From Vicugna vicugna (lineage: Eukaryota): a stretch of 64,000 nt of DNA. The position numbers and the translations under genes were made by a program. Location of the stretch: positions 619,622-683,621 of the forward strand of contig MU058384.1 of NCBI GenBank assembly GCA_013265495.1, written 5' to 3'. The notes under the pieces are model-generated. The model did not search any database. It was not told the origin of the DNA and saw only the letters and a program-made list of their open reading frames with translations. This document shows positions 1-13,400 of the stretch, piece after piece (the first letter of the stretch is position 1; the number at the start of each line of letters is the position of its first letter).

Positions 1-182
1 AAGAGGAAGTTTCATCCTGCTTGTCAACCACTTTCTCTAGCTACTCTGGCTGTCATGTTCTCTCACATTTTAAGGGCACTAATACTGTCAATTAACGTAC
101 TCTTCTGTAATCAACTATGCTCTCATTACTGGATTTTATATGTAGTTAAACATGTTGTGGATGCCTGTCTTCTGTACAACAG

Positions 183-234
183 AATAATGATAATGATGTT
201 GATGATGAGGATGATGTTGATAATAATAATAATA
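183..234. repeat. Imperfect (ATG/ATA)n trinucleotide repeat
   Basis: aataatgataatgatgttgatgatgaggatgatgttgataataataataata read directly; it explains the Met/Ile-rich ORF 55..297. Confidence 0.85.
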
Positions 235-299
235 CAACTTACTCTTCCTGAGCTATCAATTTACCTCTCTCCTGCATGTCACAGCCAAATTTTTTAAAA

Positions 300-633
300 A
301 GAGTTTTATTCAACATTTTTTATCATTGTTTCACTTTTCATTAAATATTCAACTCTGAATCTGTCTTTCCCTGCACCATTAAAACAGTTTTTGATAAGGA
401 TTTCTGTGTCCTCCATGTTGCTAAACTCACTTAAAATTCTGCAATAGACCACCCTCTCCATCTCTGTTCTCTAGGATACCAAGTACCCCTGGTTCTTTCT
501 AATCCTTCTGGCTATTCTCTGCCAGGGCCCTTTGTGGACTCCTTTTCTTCTATTTATATGAGCTCCTCTCTCTGAGTTTGGTTCTTGACAGTTTTTCTTA
601 ATCTTTCACTGTGGATGTGTGTGTCTGTGCATG

Positions 634-666
<33 letters not shown>

Positions 667-720
667 CATTTTATATAAATCACTGATAGATATATAATTT
701 TTTAGCCCAGATTTTCATAA
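300..720 (+). mobile_element. Degenerate L2 (LINE2) fragment
   Basis: L2-like phrases such as ctccatgttgctaaa and ttctctaggatacc...cctggttcttt in a pyrimidine-rich tract; recognised by eye, ends approximate. Confidence 0.45.
636..664. repeat. (TG)n microsatellite
   Basis: Pure TG run seen directly. Confidence 0.95.
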
Positions 721-769
721 GAAATTTAAATGCCTAACTCCAACTATCTCTGTAGGAAATATAAGGAGT

Positions 770-1195
770 TATATAAAACTAAACACACAGTAGAGTTCTC
801 ACATCTTAATTATAAATCTCAAGGCACAACCCAGATCAAGGTATAGCACATTTTCTGCATTCCAGAAGACTCCTTCATTCCCATTTCTGGTCAACAGTCT
901 CCCCATTCAGATTGATTTTGCCCATTTTTGAACTAAATATAAATGGATTTATATAGCATATATCCTTTTGTGTCTGATTTCTTTTATTCAACAACATTTC
1001 TGTGAGATCCGGCCATATTATCACTTGCAGCGATAATTTATTTTTCATTGCTATGTACTATTCCATTGTATGAATATACCACAATATATTTTCATTTTAA
1101 TTTTGACAAAAATTGGGTAATTTGGCTTCCACAAATAAATCACCTGTAGACATTCTTGTATGTGGCATTAGTTGACATGAGCATTTATTTGTGTT
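770..1195 (-). mobile_element. Old L1M (L1ME-like) 3' end fragment
   Basis: Antisense L1 3'-end phrases: acccagatcaag, tccagaagactcc, tattccattgtatgaatataccacaat. Confidence 0.7.
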
Positions 1196-1651
1196 TGGAA
1201 GTATTTCTCCATATAATGTATGCTCTTTCAGGGGACTTAAATAATTATGTTTTGAGATAATTTTCAAAAGTTGAGTGCTTATTTTTGAGGAGAGAGGGTC
1301 CCAAGAGTTCCTCAGACCACCAGTGTGCTTCGTTTTCTTAATATCCTTATTTTTCCTCTTGTTTTAGCTTTTTAGTTATAACTTCCTGTGTTATTCTTTA
1401 CAAGATTATCTTTGATATTACAATATGATTATTAATAATTTCAATATATGTCAAACAATGTAAGAATTCCAAATAATACATGAACCTTAAAGTAGTTTAA
1501 ATCCATCTTCCTCTTCTTTTCTTTTAGGGTACTGTTATTATTTTGTTTAAATATAGTGTCTTTCAAAACTTTCTTACCCACTCTTTTATGTGGTAAAATT
1601 TCCTTTTTATGAAACAGATATACTCTCCAGACTAGCACAGCTGAAAAATGG

Positions 1652-2556
1652 ACAATACTCTTTGACATAAGTCACAGCAATATTTTTTTGGATCCACTTC
1701 CTAGAGTAATGGAAATAAAAGCAAAAGTAAACAAATGGGACCAAATTAAATGTAAAAGCTTTTGCACAACAAAGGAAACCATAAACAAAAGGAAAAAACC
1801 TACAAACTGGGAGAAAATATTTGCAGACAATGTGACTGACAAGGACTTGATTTCCATAATATACAAATAATTCATATAATTCAATACCAGAAAACAATCC
1901 AATCAAAAAATGAGCAGAAGACCTGAATAGACTTTTTTCCAAAGGAGACATACAAATGGCTAACAGGCACATGAAAAGATACTCAACACTGCTAATTATT
2001 AGAGAAATGCAAATTAACACAATGAGGTATCACTTCACACCTATCAGAATGACTGTCATCAAAAAGTCTACAAATAACAAATGTTGGTGAAGATGTCAAG
2101 AAAAGGGAACCCTCCTGCTCTGTTGATGGGACTGTAAATTAGTGTAGCCTCTGTGGAAAACAGTATGGATGTTTCTCAAAAAACGAAAAACAGAATTACC
2201 ATATGACAAGCAGTTCCACTCTTGGGTATATACCCAGGAAAAATGAGAACACTAATTTGAAAAAAATACTTGCACCCCCATTGTTCATATGAGCACTATT
2301 TACAATAACAAGATAATGAAGCAACCCAAGTGTCCATCAACAGATGGGTGGATGGAGAAATACTATACACATATGATATAGTATTATTCTGCCATAAAAA
2401 AGAATGAAATTGTGTACAGGACAGAAAATTATGACCATTATCTTGTAATAACTTTTAATGGAGTATACTCTATAAAAATTTTGAGTCACTCTGTTATACA
2501 CCTGAAGCTAATATAATATTGTAAATCAACTGTATTTCAACTAAAAACTAAAAAAC
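1652..2556 (+). mobile_element. 5'-truncated L1: ORF2 3' part plus 3'UTR with an internal deletion
   Basis: ORF 1688..1870 translates as L1 ORF2 C-terminal sequence ([24 protein letters not shown]...WEKIFA); 3'UTR ends gtaaatcaactgtatttcaa followed by an A-rich tail. Confidence 0.9.
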
Positions 2557-2559
2557 TCA

Positions 2560-2890
2560 AAAATCTCCAAGTACAGATGACTTCACTGGTGAATTACATC
2601 AAACATTTAAGAATGAAATAACATGAATTTGCCACAAACAATTTCAGAATATTTAAAAAAGGAATTCATTCTATGAGGTCAGCATTACCCTAATACCAAA
2701 ACCTGACAAAATGATTATACAAAAAGAAAACTATAGAACAATACCTTCAACATAAATGAAAATTAAAAAAAAAAAAAACTTTAGCAAAGCAAATGCAACA
2801 ATATAAAACAAATAACATGGCATGACTAAGTATGGTGAATCCCAGGTATTCAAGATTTGTTTAAATTTGAGCATCAGTGAATGTGCTTCA
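2560..2890 (+). mobile_element. Old L1M ORF2 (RT region) fragment
   Basis: cagatgacttcactggtgaatt, aattcattctatgaggtcagcattaccctaataccaaaacctgacaaa (NSFYEVSITLIPKPDK). Confidence 0.8.
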
Positions 2891-2929
2891 CCGTAAAATA
2901 ATTATCTAGAGTTTTAGAAGCCAAAAAAG

Positions 2930-3210
2930 AGTGCCTCCTCCATGATTCCATATATTTAAGACTCTATAGAACAAAACCTAATCCACATTGTCAGAAAGCA
3001 GATCAATGCTTGCCTAGAGAAAAGGCAGGAAGTTGTTGCAAGGAGAAATTACAAAATGGCAGACTATGCTTTAGGACTGACGGATTTGTTTGTTATCTTG
3101 ATTATTGTGACCATTGTGGCAATACACAAATTGGAAATGTATTATATCACATGCTTTAAGTAAATGTAGTTAATTTTTGTCATTGATACTTTAGTAAAGG
3201 TGTTAAAAAT
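2930..3210 (+). mobile_element. Old L1M 3'UTR fragment
   Basis: atgattccatatattt...agaaagcagatcaatgcttgcctag...tatcttgattattgtg pattern. Confidence 0.55.
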
Positions 3211-5587
3211 GATATGGAGAAATTTTTATTTTTCTATTCTCTGAAGCATCTTGTATACAATCCAGATGGTCTACTTCTTGAATACTGGTAAAACTAATCT
3301 GAAAACTGTCTTGTCTAGGAATATTTGGAGTAGAAAGGATTAATAAGTGGCCATTCTGATTACCAACTTATTTTCAGAGATGTTTTTATTCTGTATTCTC
3401 ATATTATTCTATTCCAGCATTGGCTTGATTTTTGCATGTCAGATTTCTTTATAGAAAAATTAGTAATTTTCTTTGTGTTAAAATCATCATCTTAAAATTT
3501 TCCAACAGATTATCTAGTGTTTTTGTATAATTTTGGGGGGAGAAATTTAACTTAGAAGACAGTTTGATTCTGAATTATTCTCTTGTGGAAAGTATAGTAC
3601 ACATATTTTCTTCCTTTCTTTTGGAGTTACACACCAAAAGAAAAAAAAATGTGTGGAATTCAGTAGAGTGCTCTGTAAATTTGAAGAAAAACGATGTTTT
3701 CCTTAGTCGGAAGGAGAATTAAGCTTACAGTATCTCAGATCTTACTCTTTAAAAGGACTGTGGTAGATGAAAATGATATTATAAGATAGCAGGAGCAGAA
3801 CAGCTACAGTTAATATATATACTTCAAAGAGCAGAAGTCTCAAGTGTCATGATTTTTATGTTGTACAAGTACTGTGGAAAGTTTCAAGAGCTGGATTGAG
3901 TTGTAATTTATTTTACCCTGTTTACTACATTCCTTCCTTTTGGAAGTACTGAGTAAAATCCATGATATAGGAAAAAAGAAAAAAGAAGCTTATGATCAAA
4001 ATACTGTCCCAGCGAATCAGGAGAAAAAAATATTCTACTTAGAAAATATATCTTTCTGAACCCAGAAATAAGGTAAATCCAGTGTAAAACATATTAGGAC
4101 ATATTATGCAATAAAATAGCAAATATATACATTGGCATAAATGTATTAATGTAGAGAATAGCATTTCCTTTCCATGAACATTTAAGCAAATATAAATTTT
4201 GATTAACAGGTTCCAAATATATTTACTTTACCCATCGGTGCTTGGAAGAACATTACACTGTGAATCACCTTGACATTCAGGTCCCCCCACAGTATGATCC
4301 GAACCTTCAATTCTAATTTTATTTCCTGCTCCTTTCTGACAAATGCTTTAGCCAAACTGTAAATATTCCACAAACACATTGTGCTTTCCTACTCCTGAAC
4401 TTTTACTTACTGTCATCTTTATTATGTTTTCTTTTCTCATCTCAACACTCTGAAATCCTATTTTTCTTTCAGTATTCAGATGATATAACAGATAACATCT
4501 CCTTCTGTGTATTACGTTCACTCAAAAATTAATTGTTCCCCAAAGCACTTTTCATATTCTTTCCAACATTGCAATCATGATTTATTAAACATATCCTCCA
4601 ACTGAAAAGAAATGCCTCTCCTAATGATTTAGACTGGTTATGAACAGCAGTTTGTATTTTGCAGAAGTGAATTGAAAAATTATTTATCTATCTCACTCTT
4701 TGTTTAAATTATGGAAGAAATTATGTTAAAATATGATGGGAAGTAGTGTTTACTATAGGACTCCAGACTTAATGTTATGTTATCTAAGTTTCAACCTGCT
4801 ATAAATATAAATTATATCACACAGCATCCTACATTTTTGGTATGATCCACCAATCCCCAAATCAAGTCCCTTCACTTTTTTTTTTCCTTTTTTTCTTTTG
4901 TTCTAGCTCAGTTTTATCCTCTTTCTCAATACTCCTGTCTTAAATTCTTAGTATTCAATATATTGGAGTCCATCATATTTTGGAGTTCTTCTTCTAAGTG
5001 AAATTTTCCTTCACTCTATCTCAAATATTCATTTCTATAATCATACCCTAGACTGTTACCCAAAACTGCAATCTACCAATAACCTCTTAGCATGCTTCTG
5101 AAATTCCCACTATCTCTGGTACCCTGACTTCAACAGTAATTTAATTCCTCTGGCAGGTCAACTTCAAACCTATACAGGCACAGTTCAGGAGCAAAAATTG
5201 AGGTCTGCTCACTATGTGTCTAAATATTTAAAGTTTTATATCAATTAATAAACTACTAAATTAAATAACTTATTCCCTCCTTCCTTACAAATATATCTTC
5301 ATAATGACTAAAAGGTTTTATATAATTGAAAGTTGAAAAAAAGGAAAGGTGACTATATTCAAGCATTATTTTACGTGTCTATATATTCTTTTGAGAATCA
5401 ACGTTTGGATAAATTAAAAAAAATAGGGCCAAACTCCTTTTCTGTAAACATTATTTTTAAATTATTTTCTTTACTTCTGCCAAATGAGTACATTTGTCAT
5501 TTCAATCTAAATTTTTACATATTTTCTGCTGACAGTGATGCAATTAAATAAAGTTTAAAATGTACTTGCATTTAAAGTGCATAAAAT

Positions 5588-6935
5588 CGATGTTGAGCAT
5601 TTTATCATGTGCCTGTGAGCCATCTGTATATCTTCTTTGGAAAAATGTCTGTTCAAGTCTTCTGCTCATTTTTAATTGGGTCCTTTTTTTTTTTCCTGAC
5701 ATTGAGGTATATGCATTGCTTATAAATTTTGGATATTAACCTTTTATCAGTCATATCATAAGGAAATATTTTCTTTCATTCTGTAAATTTGTTTTTCATT
5801 CTGTTGATGGTTTCCTTTGATACACAAAAGCTTGTTAAGTTTAATTAGGTTCCATTTGTTCGTTTTTGCTTTTGTTTCCTTTGCCTTAGGAGACAAATCA
5901 AAATAAAGTATTGGTATGATTCACGTCAAAGAGTGTTCTGCTTATGTTCTCTTCTAGGAGTTTTATGATTTCAGGTCTTACCTTTATATCTGTAATCCAT
6001 TTTAAATTTCTTTTTGTATGTAATGCGAGGAAATGATCTAATCTTGTTCTTTTACATGTCACTGTCTAATTTTTTCCAGCACAACTTATTACAGAGATTG
6101 TCTTTTCTCTATTGTATATTCTTGCCTTCTTTGTCATAGATTAATTAACCATCAGTGTGTGGGTTTATTTCTGGGCTCCCTATTCTGTTCCACCAATCTA
6201 TGGGTCTGGTTTTTGTGCAGGTACCATGCTGTATTGATTACTGTAGCTTTGTAGTTTAGTCTGAAGTCAGGGTGTGTGATACCCCTAGCTTTGTTCTTTT
6301 TCCTCAAGATTGCTGTGGCAAGGTCTTTTGTGGTTCCATGTGAATTTTATGATGATTCTAGTTCTGTGAAACATGTCATAAATATTTTGATAGAGATTGC
6401 CTTAAATCTATAGATTGCTTTGGGTAGTGTGGGCATTTTAACAATACTAATACTTCCAATCCAAGAACACAGGCTATCTTTCCACTTCTTTTTATCATTT
6501 TCAAATTCCCTCACCAGGGAAATGCAAAGTAAAACTGCAATGGGATATCACCTCATACCTGTCAAAGTGGCTGCCTTCAAAATATCTACAAATAACAAAT
6601 GTTGACAAGGACGTAGAGAAAAAGGAACCCTTCTGCACTGCTGGTGGGATTGTAAATTGGTGCAGCCACTATGCAAAAAAGTATGGAGGTCCTTCAAAAA
6701 ACTAAAAATATAACTACCTTATGATCCAGTAGTTTCACTACTCAGTGTATATCTGAAGAAAGTGAAAACACTAATTTGAAAAGATATGTGCACCCCAGTG
6801 TTCATAGGAGCATTATTCACAGTAGCCAAGATATGGAAGCCACCTAAGTGCCCATCAACAGATGAATGGCTAAAGAAGATGCAGTATGTGTGTGTGTGTG
6901 TGTGTATACACACATACATATACTTATACACATAC

Positions 6936-6966
<31 letters not shown>

Positions 6967-7425
6967 AAATGGAATATTACTCAGCCATAAAAGAAGTGAA
7001 GTACTGCCATTTACAACAATGTGAATGGACCTATAGAGTATTATGCTTAGTGAAATAAGTCAGATAGAGAAAGACAGATACTGTGTTATCATTTGCATGT
7101 GGAATCTAAAAAACAAAACAAACAGATGTATGTAACAAAACAGAAACAAACTCACAAATATAGAGAACAAATTGGTGGTTACCATTGAGGGAGAGGGAAG
7201 CGGGGAGGTGTGAAATAGGGGTATAGGTTTAAGAGATACACACTTCTACATATAAAATTAATTAAAAAAAACAAGAATATATTGTACAGTACATGGAAAT
7301 ATAACCATCATTTTGTCATAATTTTAAACAGGAATGTAATCTATAAATATATTGAATCACTATGTTGTGTACCTGAAACTAATATAAAATTGTAAGTCAT
7401 CTATACTTCAGGAAAAATGAAAAAA
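5588..7425 (+). mobile_element. L1 with 5' inversion (twin priming): antisense arm ~5588-6510, sense arm ~6511-7425
   Basis: Antisense ORF2 sequence switches to sense ORF2/3'UTR at about 6511-6517 and ends in a poly(A) tail; TSD AAAGTGCATAAAAT (5574-5587) / AAAATACATAAAAT (7426-7439), 12/14 identical, after a TTT|AAAG site. Confidence 0.92.
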
Positions 7426-7569
7426 AAAATACATAAAATTGGAAATATTTTATCAAAAAAGTAAATAATAGGAAATATAAACGTAAAAGACCATTTGCCA
7501 TAGGTGTTCTAACATAGTGTTTTCTAATACATTTTAAATTATCTTTAATTAAATTACTTCTAGATCCTG

Positions 7570-7900
7570 TGTTTTCCTCCCTACTCTGATTCTGCTCTTT
7601 TACAGAATTCCTAGAGTGTTTCCTATACTCAGTCTATGCTGTATGTCCCCCTCCACCCATTCTCTCAACACATATCCATTATGGTTTTCAAATTCACTGT
7701 TAAAATGAAACTGCTTTTGTCAAAGCCACCAGTGAGCAACCTGTAGTTCAATGCAATGACTATTCCTTCCTCCTTATTATCTCCCAAGTTAATGAGGACT
7801 TTTGAAATGTTGGCCACACCCTGCTCTTTGATGCATTTTTTTCTGTTTGCTTCCAGGACACCACAGTCTCCTGTTCCCCTCTGAGTTTTCTGCTGGTTCT
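7570..7900 (+). mobile_element. L2 fragment
   Basis: tgaaactgcttttgtcaaagccaccagtga...ttgcttccaggacaccacagtctcctg is typical of L2. Confidence 0.65.
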
Positions 7901-8459
7901 GCTTTATGGAAAATGTATTTTTAAGTTAAGCAGCTAACTCTAGATGTAAAAATATTTTGTATCTAAATAGAATTCATTGCTTACTTACACTTTTGTTCTA
8001 GTATGTCAACAACTGATTCTTCATACGATTTCCACAAAATCTTCATAGAAATTTTTAAAAAGGATCATTATTTCCTGAAGAATAAATGTTTACTCTACTC
8101 TTTCATCTTAATATATATAAAAGTAAAGTGAACTATGAAGATGTTTGTCATTCATACTCGGTAACATTTATTTGTAGAGATATTATAATGCCTTCATTGA
8201 AATTGTACAGAATGGATTTATATCACTGGGATTTAAAATGACTTAAATACTAATGAAATTATTTTATTTCTCAGGGTTCTAGGAAAGGCTTCACAATTTG
8301 TTTACTATAAATGACATGGGGCAATATTTTCTCCACTGTTTTTTAATCGGCTGATTAGAGTTGATACAAAAAACAGCTCACATTATTTTAAAATTCACCA
8401 TTTTAGAGGAAAAGTTTAATTTAACTTGCTTGTCTAAGGCCACTGTATGAGAGAACTAT

Positions 8460-8685
8460 TTAGGCATAGAAAAAAATGCATAAATTCTGAAATAAGATAA
8501 TCCTGAATTTAATGTGAATTTTACCACTTACTCATCATGGACTTTAGACAAGTTTCTTAAAATTTTGAATATTTTTCATCATCTACACAAAGAGGGTAAT
8601 AAAGCCAACTCAACAATATCATTATGATCATTCAGTGTAACAGAATCAAAAAAGCGCAGTGCTTGGCATACAGTGAATAATCAGC
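8460..8685 (+). mobile_element. MIR SINE remnant
   Basis: MIR core-like ccacttact...actttagacaagtttcttaa...catctacacaaagagggtaataa and tail cagtgcttggcatacagt. Confidence 0.65.
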
Positions 8686-9425
8686 ATCAGGAAAAAATAT
8701 GGAAGCAGTCCCACATTGCACAATTTAGTCCCGTATTTTGATATGCATGGATATTACTGAAGGATCTTGAAAATATGCTAGACGATATAATTTAGCTGGT
8801 GCTTTTTTTTAACTTTATTTAGAACAGAATATGTATGGGAATGAGAAAGAAAATTGTCTTTACTCTGCCATGAACTACAAAAAGCTCTAGTTTTTCCTAA
8901 GAAATAGAGATTTTTTGCCAATTTCAGTTTATACATATTTTTCTAATGTATGTTTCTTTATACAGAATTCTGAATAAAAATTAAATGCAAAGGTAGTGGT
9001 TGTGTGTTTCATGTGTATGTGAGAGAAAGGAAGAGAGACAGTGATATAAATAAACGAGTATCTGTGGGATTTCATGAGGAATGTAGTTTTACATGTATTC
9101 TAAAATACAACGATGTAGTCAATGATTTCTTTTAATATTAGCTTTTTAAAAAATATTCACATTCCCCATAATTTTCAAATCTATTTGAAATAAACTATTT
9201 TGTCTTCTATCAGTTGATAATATCTGAAACTATTACTGTGGAGTTATATCAATATAATACCTGAAGATATTTAACCCAGAAGCTTGCTAAATAAACTTAA
9301 CTTACTTAACTGATTTTTTTTCTTTATCTGCCCTTGAGTTTCTTTGTAAGGTATTTATTGTGGCAAATACTTTAATTCTTCCCATTTGTAGAAACAGATT
9401 CAATATTGCATCACTGCAAAAAAAA

Positions 9426-9607
9426 AAAAAGCCAGTGATGTTCTGGGGTACCACAACCTGAGGAGACAGGTGATTTTTCTGACATTATGAAGTAATTGAG
9501 CATTCCACATAGTTTAAAAAGCCAGTGATGTTCTGGGGTACCACAATCTGAGGAGACAGGTGATTTTTCTGACATTATGAAGTAATTGAGCATTCCACAT
9601 AGTTTAA
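9426..9607. repeat. Two-copy 90-bp tandem duplication
   Basis: The unit starting gccagtgatgttctgggg occurs at 9431 and 9521; one mismatch (C9457/T9547). Confidence 0.97.
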
Positions 9608-9675
9608 GTTTCCAGATAAAGGAAATGTGACTGTCCAAAAAATTGAAAAAATAATTATAAATGATGAATGGTTCA

Positions 9676-10287
9676 TCTTTTCTTTCTCTTGTTGCTGTAA
9701 CTGATTATCACAAATTCAGTGGCTTAAATCAACCCTTATTTATTATCTCACGGTTCTACGGGTCAGAAGTTGAGCGAGGCTCAGCTAGTTTCTCTGCTTT
9801 GGGTCACACAGGGCTACAATCCGTGTGTCAGCTGGCCTGGGCTGTTACCTAGAGGCTTTGGGAGAGGTGGCTTCCAAATTCATTCAGGTTGTTGGCAGAA
9901 CTCAGTTTCTTCTGATCGTTGGACTGAGGTCCCCGTTTCCTCTCTGGCTGTCAACTGGAAGCCACTCTCAGCCATGTGAGTGCACCTGTGTTTTTTGTCA
10001 TGCTGCCCCCGTATCTCTGTCCAGCAATGATGGTAGACACTTTCTTACGCTTTGAATAACTCCTTCTGCCGTGTCTCTCACGCCAGCAGAAAAAGCTCTT
10101 TGCTTTTTAAAAATTCATGTGACTAGATTGTGCCCACAGGATAATCTAGGATAATCTCTCTATTTTGAAGTTCAGAACCTTAAATATTTTGGCAAATTCT
10201 TTTTGTCATTATCATATAATCTAATATGTTCACAGATTCTGGGAAATTTGGTGTAGATAGTCTTGGGAGGCCATGCTGCCAACCATG
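9676..10287 (-). mobile_element. MLT1-family (ERVL-MaLR) solo LTR
   Basis: ttgctgtaactgattatcacaaattcagtggcttaaa...gggtcagaagt start and ggccatgctgccaaccat end match the reverse complement of MLT1 LTRs. Confidence 0.8.
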
Positions 10288-10357
10288 TGGCTTTTGTTTA
10301 ATATCCTTCAAAATTTAGTGAAGTTTTGTATATTTCTGATTTTTAAATAATAAGTCA

Positions 10358-10359
<2 letters not shown>

Positions 10360-10409
<50 letters not shown>
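10360..10409. repeat. (GT)25 microsatellite
   Basis: Pure GT run seen directly. Confidence 0.97.
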
Positions 10410-10410
<1 letters not shown>

Positions 10411-13400
10411 GTATGTATATACATACAGTGGATGTAGCTAAGTAAATGAGAGTGGGTCAGTTATCTAACGAATGAGCCTAGACCTTTTTTAGCGTCAGCC
10501 TTTCTCTATCAAGCTTTGTTGTTTGTTTATGATCTTTAAGTATAAAAATAAACATGGAACATTATTTTAAGTTCCTATCATGAAATATATAAATAATGCA
10601 GTTTCAAAACTCTTTTCTTAGCATAAGTAATTATAACACATTTGACTCTGAAAAAATATATCATTCTCAGGATTTAGTAGAGTATTTACATTCTTTAATT
10701 GTAATTTTGGAGGTTCATAAAGTTATATTCTTTTGAAATGTCAACTTTTCCTGAAGTTTTCTATATGACAAAATTACAGTTACAGAGATCACTTATTTCA
10801 CTCTGCTGTAAGGCAACATGTTAATATGTTAATACGTGAAATTCTTTCTTTTAACTTTAAATCACAATTGTAATTATGCATTTGTAATTCTGTACCAGTG
10901 TTTTCCTGTTGATCTGTTTTATCCTTCATAGCTGTTTGTCAGTTAGCTTTCCTCACTGCAGTCTGCAGTTAGAGTCCACGTTTATAGCAGAAAGTCTGCC
11001 AACTCTACCTTTTAAGCACCTTCTTCTACTGTAATTATAAGCTTGAGTCTGAAAAAATAAAATATGTGAGCTTAATGATTTAAATGTGAGTCAGTAGAAT
11101 TCATAAACCAAGGACTCTCCTGAAAGTCAAGGTCTTTGGGCCAGCCATTCCAGTCTTGACTTAGAGTGTTAAAGAACTGAGGCTTTTAGAGTATTTTTAA
11201 TATGGAGAATTCTTTCAGTGTTATTTTCACTAGAATTCCAGCAAAGAAAGCTTATAACTCATTTTCATTTTATAGTTCTCTGTTATTTCAACAACTGAAT
11301 ATCAACATTACTGCATGATGAAAAATATTGTCTATTTCCCATAATTTTTAGCATTATTCAAAAATACTGATAGGTTCTCTGTGCCAAATATTCTGTTTTT
11401 CGTTAATATTTTGGCAGTAACACCAAGTTTGACACTAGAACATTTTAACTTGGAATCATAATTGTGTTTATGTATTCATGGGCTGAAAATTATGCAAAAT
11501 ACTTTAGATAAAACACATCCTAGCACAGTTTCATTAAATTTAGTTCTAAAAGCATAATTCACATGATTTTCTCTAAATTACTAGCAGGGAGCCACTTTCC
11601 CTGACTACTCTTTGTTATATAAACTTTTCCATAAACCTGTACTTAATTACTTTTTTAATCTTTGCTGAATGAAAATTATATAAAACATATGAGAACATGT
11701 ATCTTCTTTTCAAAAAGCTGCAAGCAGTGTCTGAAACGGACTGAAATCACTGAATTTAGTAAAACAGAGGGGAAAAAAAGTTGAAGTTTGTCCAACAGTT
11801 ATGTCCACAATGCCAAATTCCTGTTTCTAACAGTTTTTTAAAATGTTGTATGCATATCAAGTGGACGTTGCTTCACTCAAGTGAACTTAGGAGAAGAAAA
11901 ATAAATGTATAATTCACTTGAAAACATATTCAAATATTTATAGCTTGCAAATAGAGGACTGTGATTTAGTAAAATAAACCTCATTCTAAGTACACAAATA
12001 TAATTCCAGGTCCACATGCTCAAGTTTAGGCGTGCCAGAATGATGCATTACATTTCCAAAATCATATTTGAAATCCTGTTTGCCCATTAGTTTGGAAGGA
12101 AAGTCAGTTTTACCATTGCCATGGTTTCTTTCACACACACCAAGAACTGAACAAAGTTCTGAGTTTGGGGTACAGAGTGGATAGGGCTCCAGCTCAATGC
12201 AGGGCATTCAGGAGGCTTGGTCTTCTGCCCAGGTAGGTAACCGCAGGTACGCATGTTATCCTAACCCTGTGGCCCCATGAAGGCAGGAAAGCCTGGGGCA
12301 TCTGTTCGCTGCTTAGGCTTTGTGTCCTTTTCCCAGGCTGGAAGCCTTGGTACCTAAGGTTCCGTCTTCCTCTTTGACAGTGTAATCATTCTCCTCTGAA
12401 ATTTTGAACTTCAGGATTCCAGAGGTGGGGTATAGATCACAGTCACTATTTAACACCAAACCGAACTTTCCGTCTGGCCTTATGGAAATCTCTACTGCCA
12501 TCTCAACCTCAAGAATCCCAGTGTCTACCTTTTGCTCTCTCCCTAGCAAGCTCTGCTCTGTAAGTCCCAGGTTTCTAATGCGAAAGCCAGAAGGGAGATT
12601 GTCCTCTGGCAGCTCCCAGTAGCCAAGTTCACAGGGGATGGAAAAATATTAAGAAAACAAAACACAAACACAAATTAACAGCACGGGATATTATCTGGAC
12701 ACAGTCTTCTGACTTGATTCTTTACATCAAGGCTACTTCATCATGTCTGTCTATATTTATTTATATTTATATTCTACTTTCTTCTAAAAGGAATTGAGAA
12801 ATCATCCATTCTTTCTAAAAGGAGTCACTAAATTAAGACAGTCTAGAAAGCTTTCACATTTTCAAATATGAGAACTAATGAAAAAGCACCATAGAGAATT
12901 TTAATTTATAGGGGGGAATTATATCCATAATTTGAACCCCAATCATGAGTTTTGTTGTATTAGATTCTTCCTGTACTGAAATAGAAACAATAATTGGAAA
13001 GAAGACTTTACCAAAAGACAGAAAAATGTGGTACAGAAAATAGAGAAATAAATGTTATGAAGAGAGAACAAAAGCATTGTGGCCCTGCCTGGTTCTTCCA
13101 TAACATAAAGCAAAGCAGAAGTTTTGAACAGTATTTTCCATAATCTGACTCTAGTTACCTTACCTTTTAGAGATTTTTAATGAGAGATCAGATTTCTCAG
13201 GGCCAGACTTAGCTTTGTTCAGTATCGAACTGTAAATTTATCTCTGAGATTGTGTATCCCTGTCTCCCACTCAGAACCAGCAGGGGCTAATTGTCCCTTT
13301 CTTTCTGGAAGTAACAGATGAGCATACTCAGCATATTTATTTCATTAGTAATCATAACCAGGATGGTGTAAAGCTTTCATTCCAATTATGTTTTCTATTG

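Noticed and set aside
6884..6966. Self-complementary (TG)n/(CA)n/(TA)n hairpin as a structured RNA
   Set aside because: It is an ordinary compound microsatellite expanded inside the L1.
9431..9575. Tandem C/D-box snoRNAs or a CRISPR-like array
   Set aside because: GTGATGT and CTGA motifs occur, but box C is imperfect, the C-to-D span is only ~50 nt and there is no terminal stem. There are just two copies with no unique spacers, in a mammalian context.
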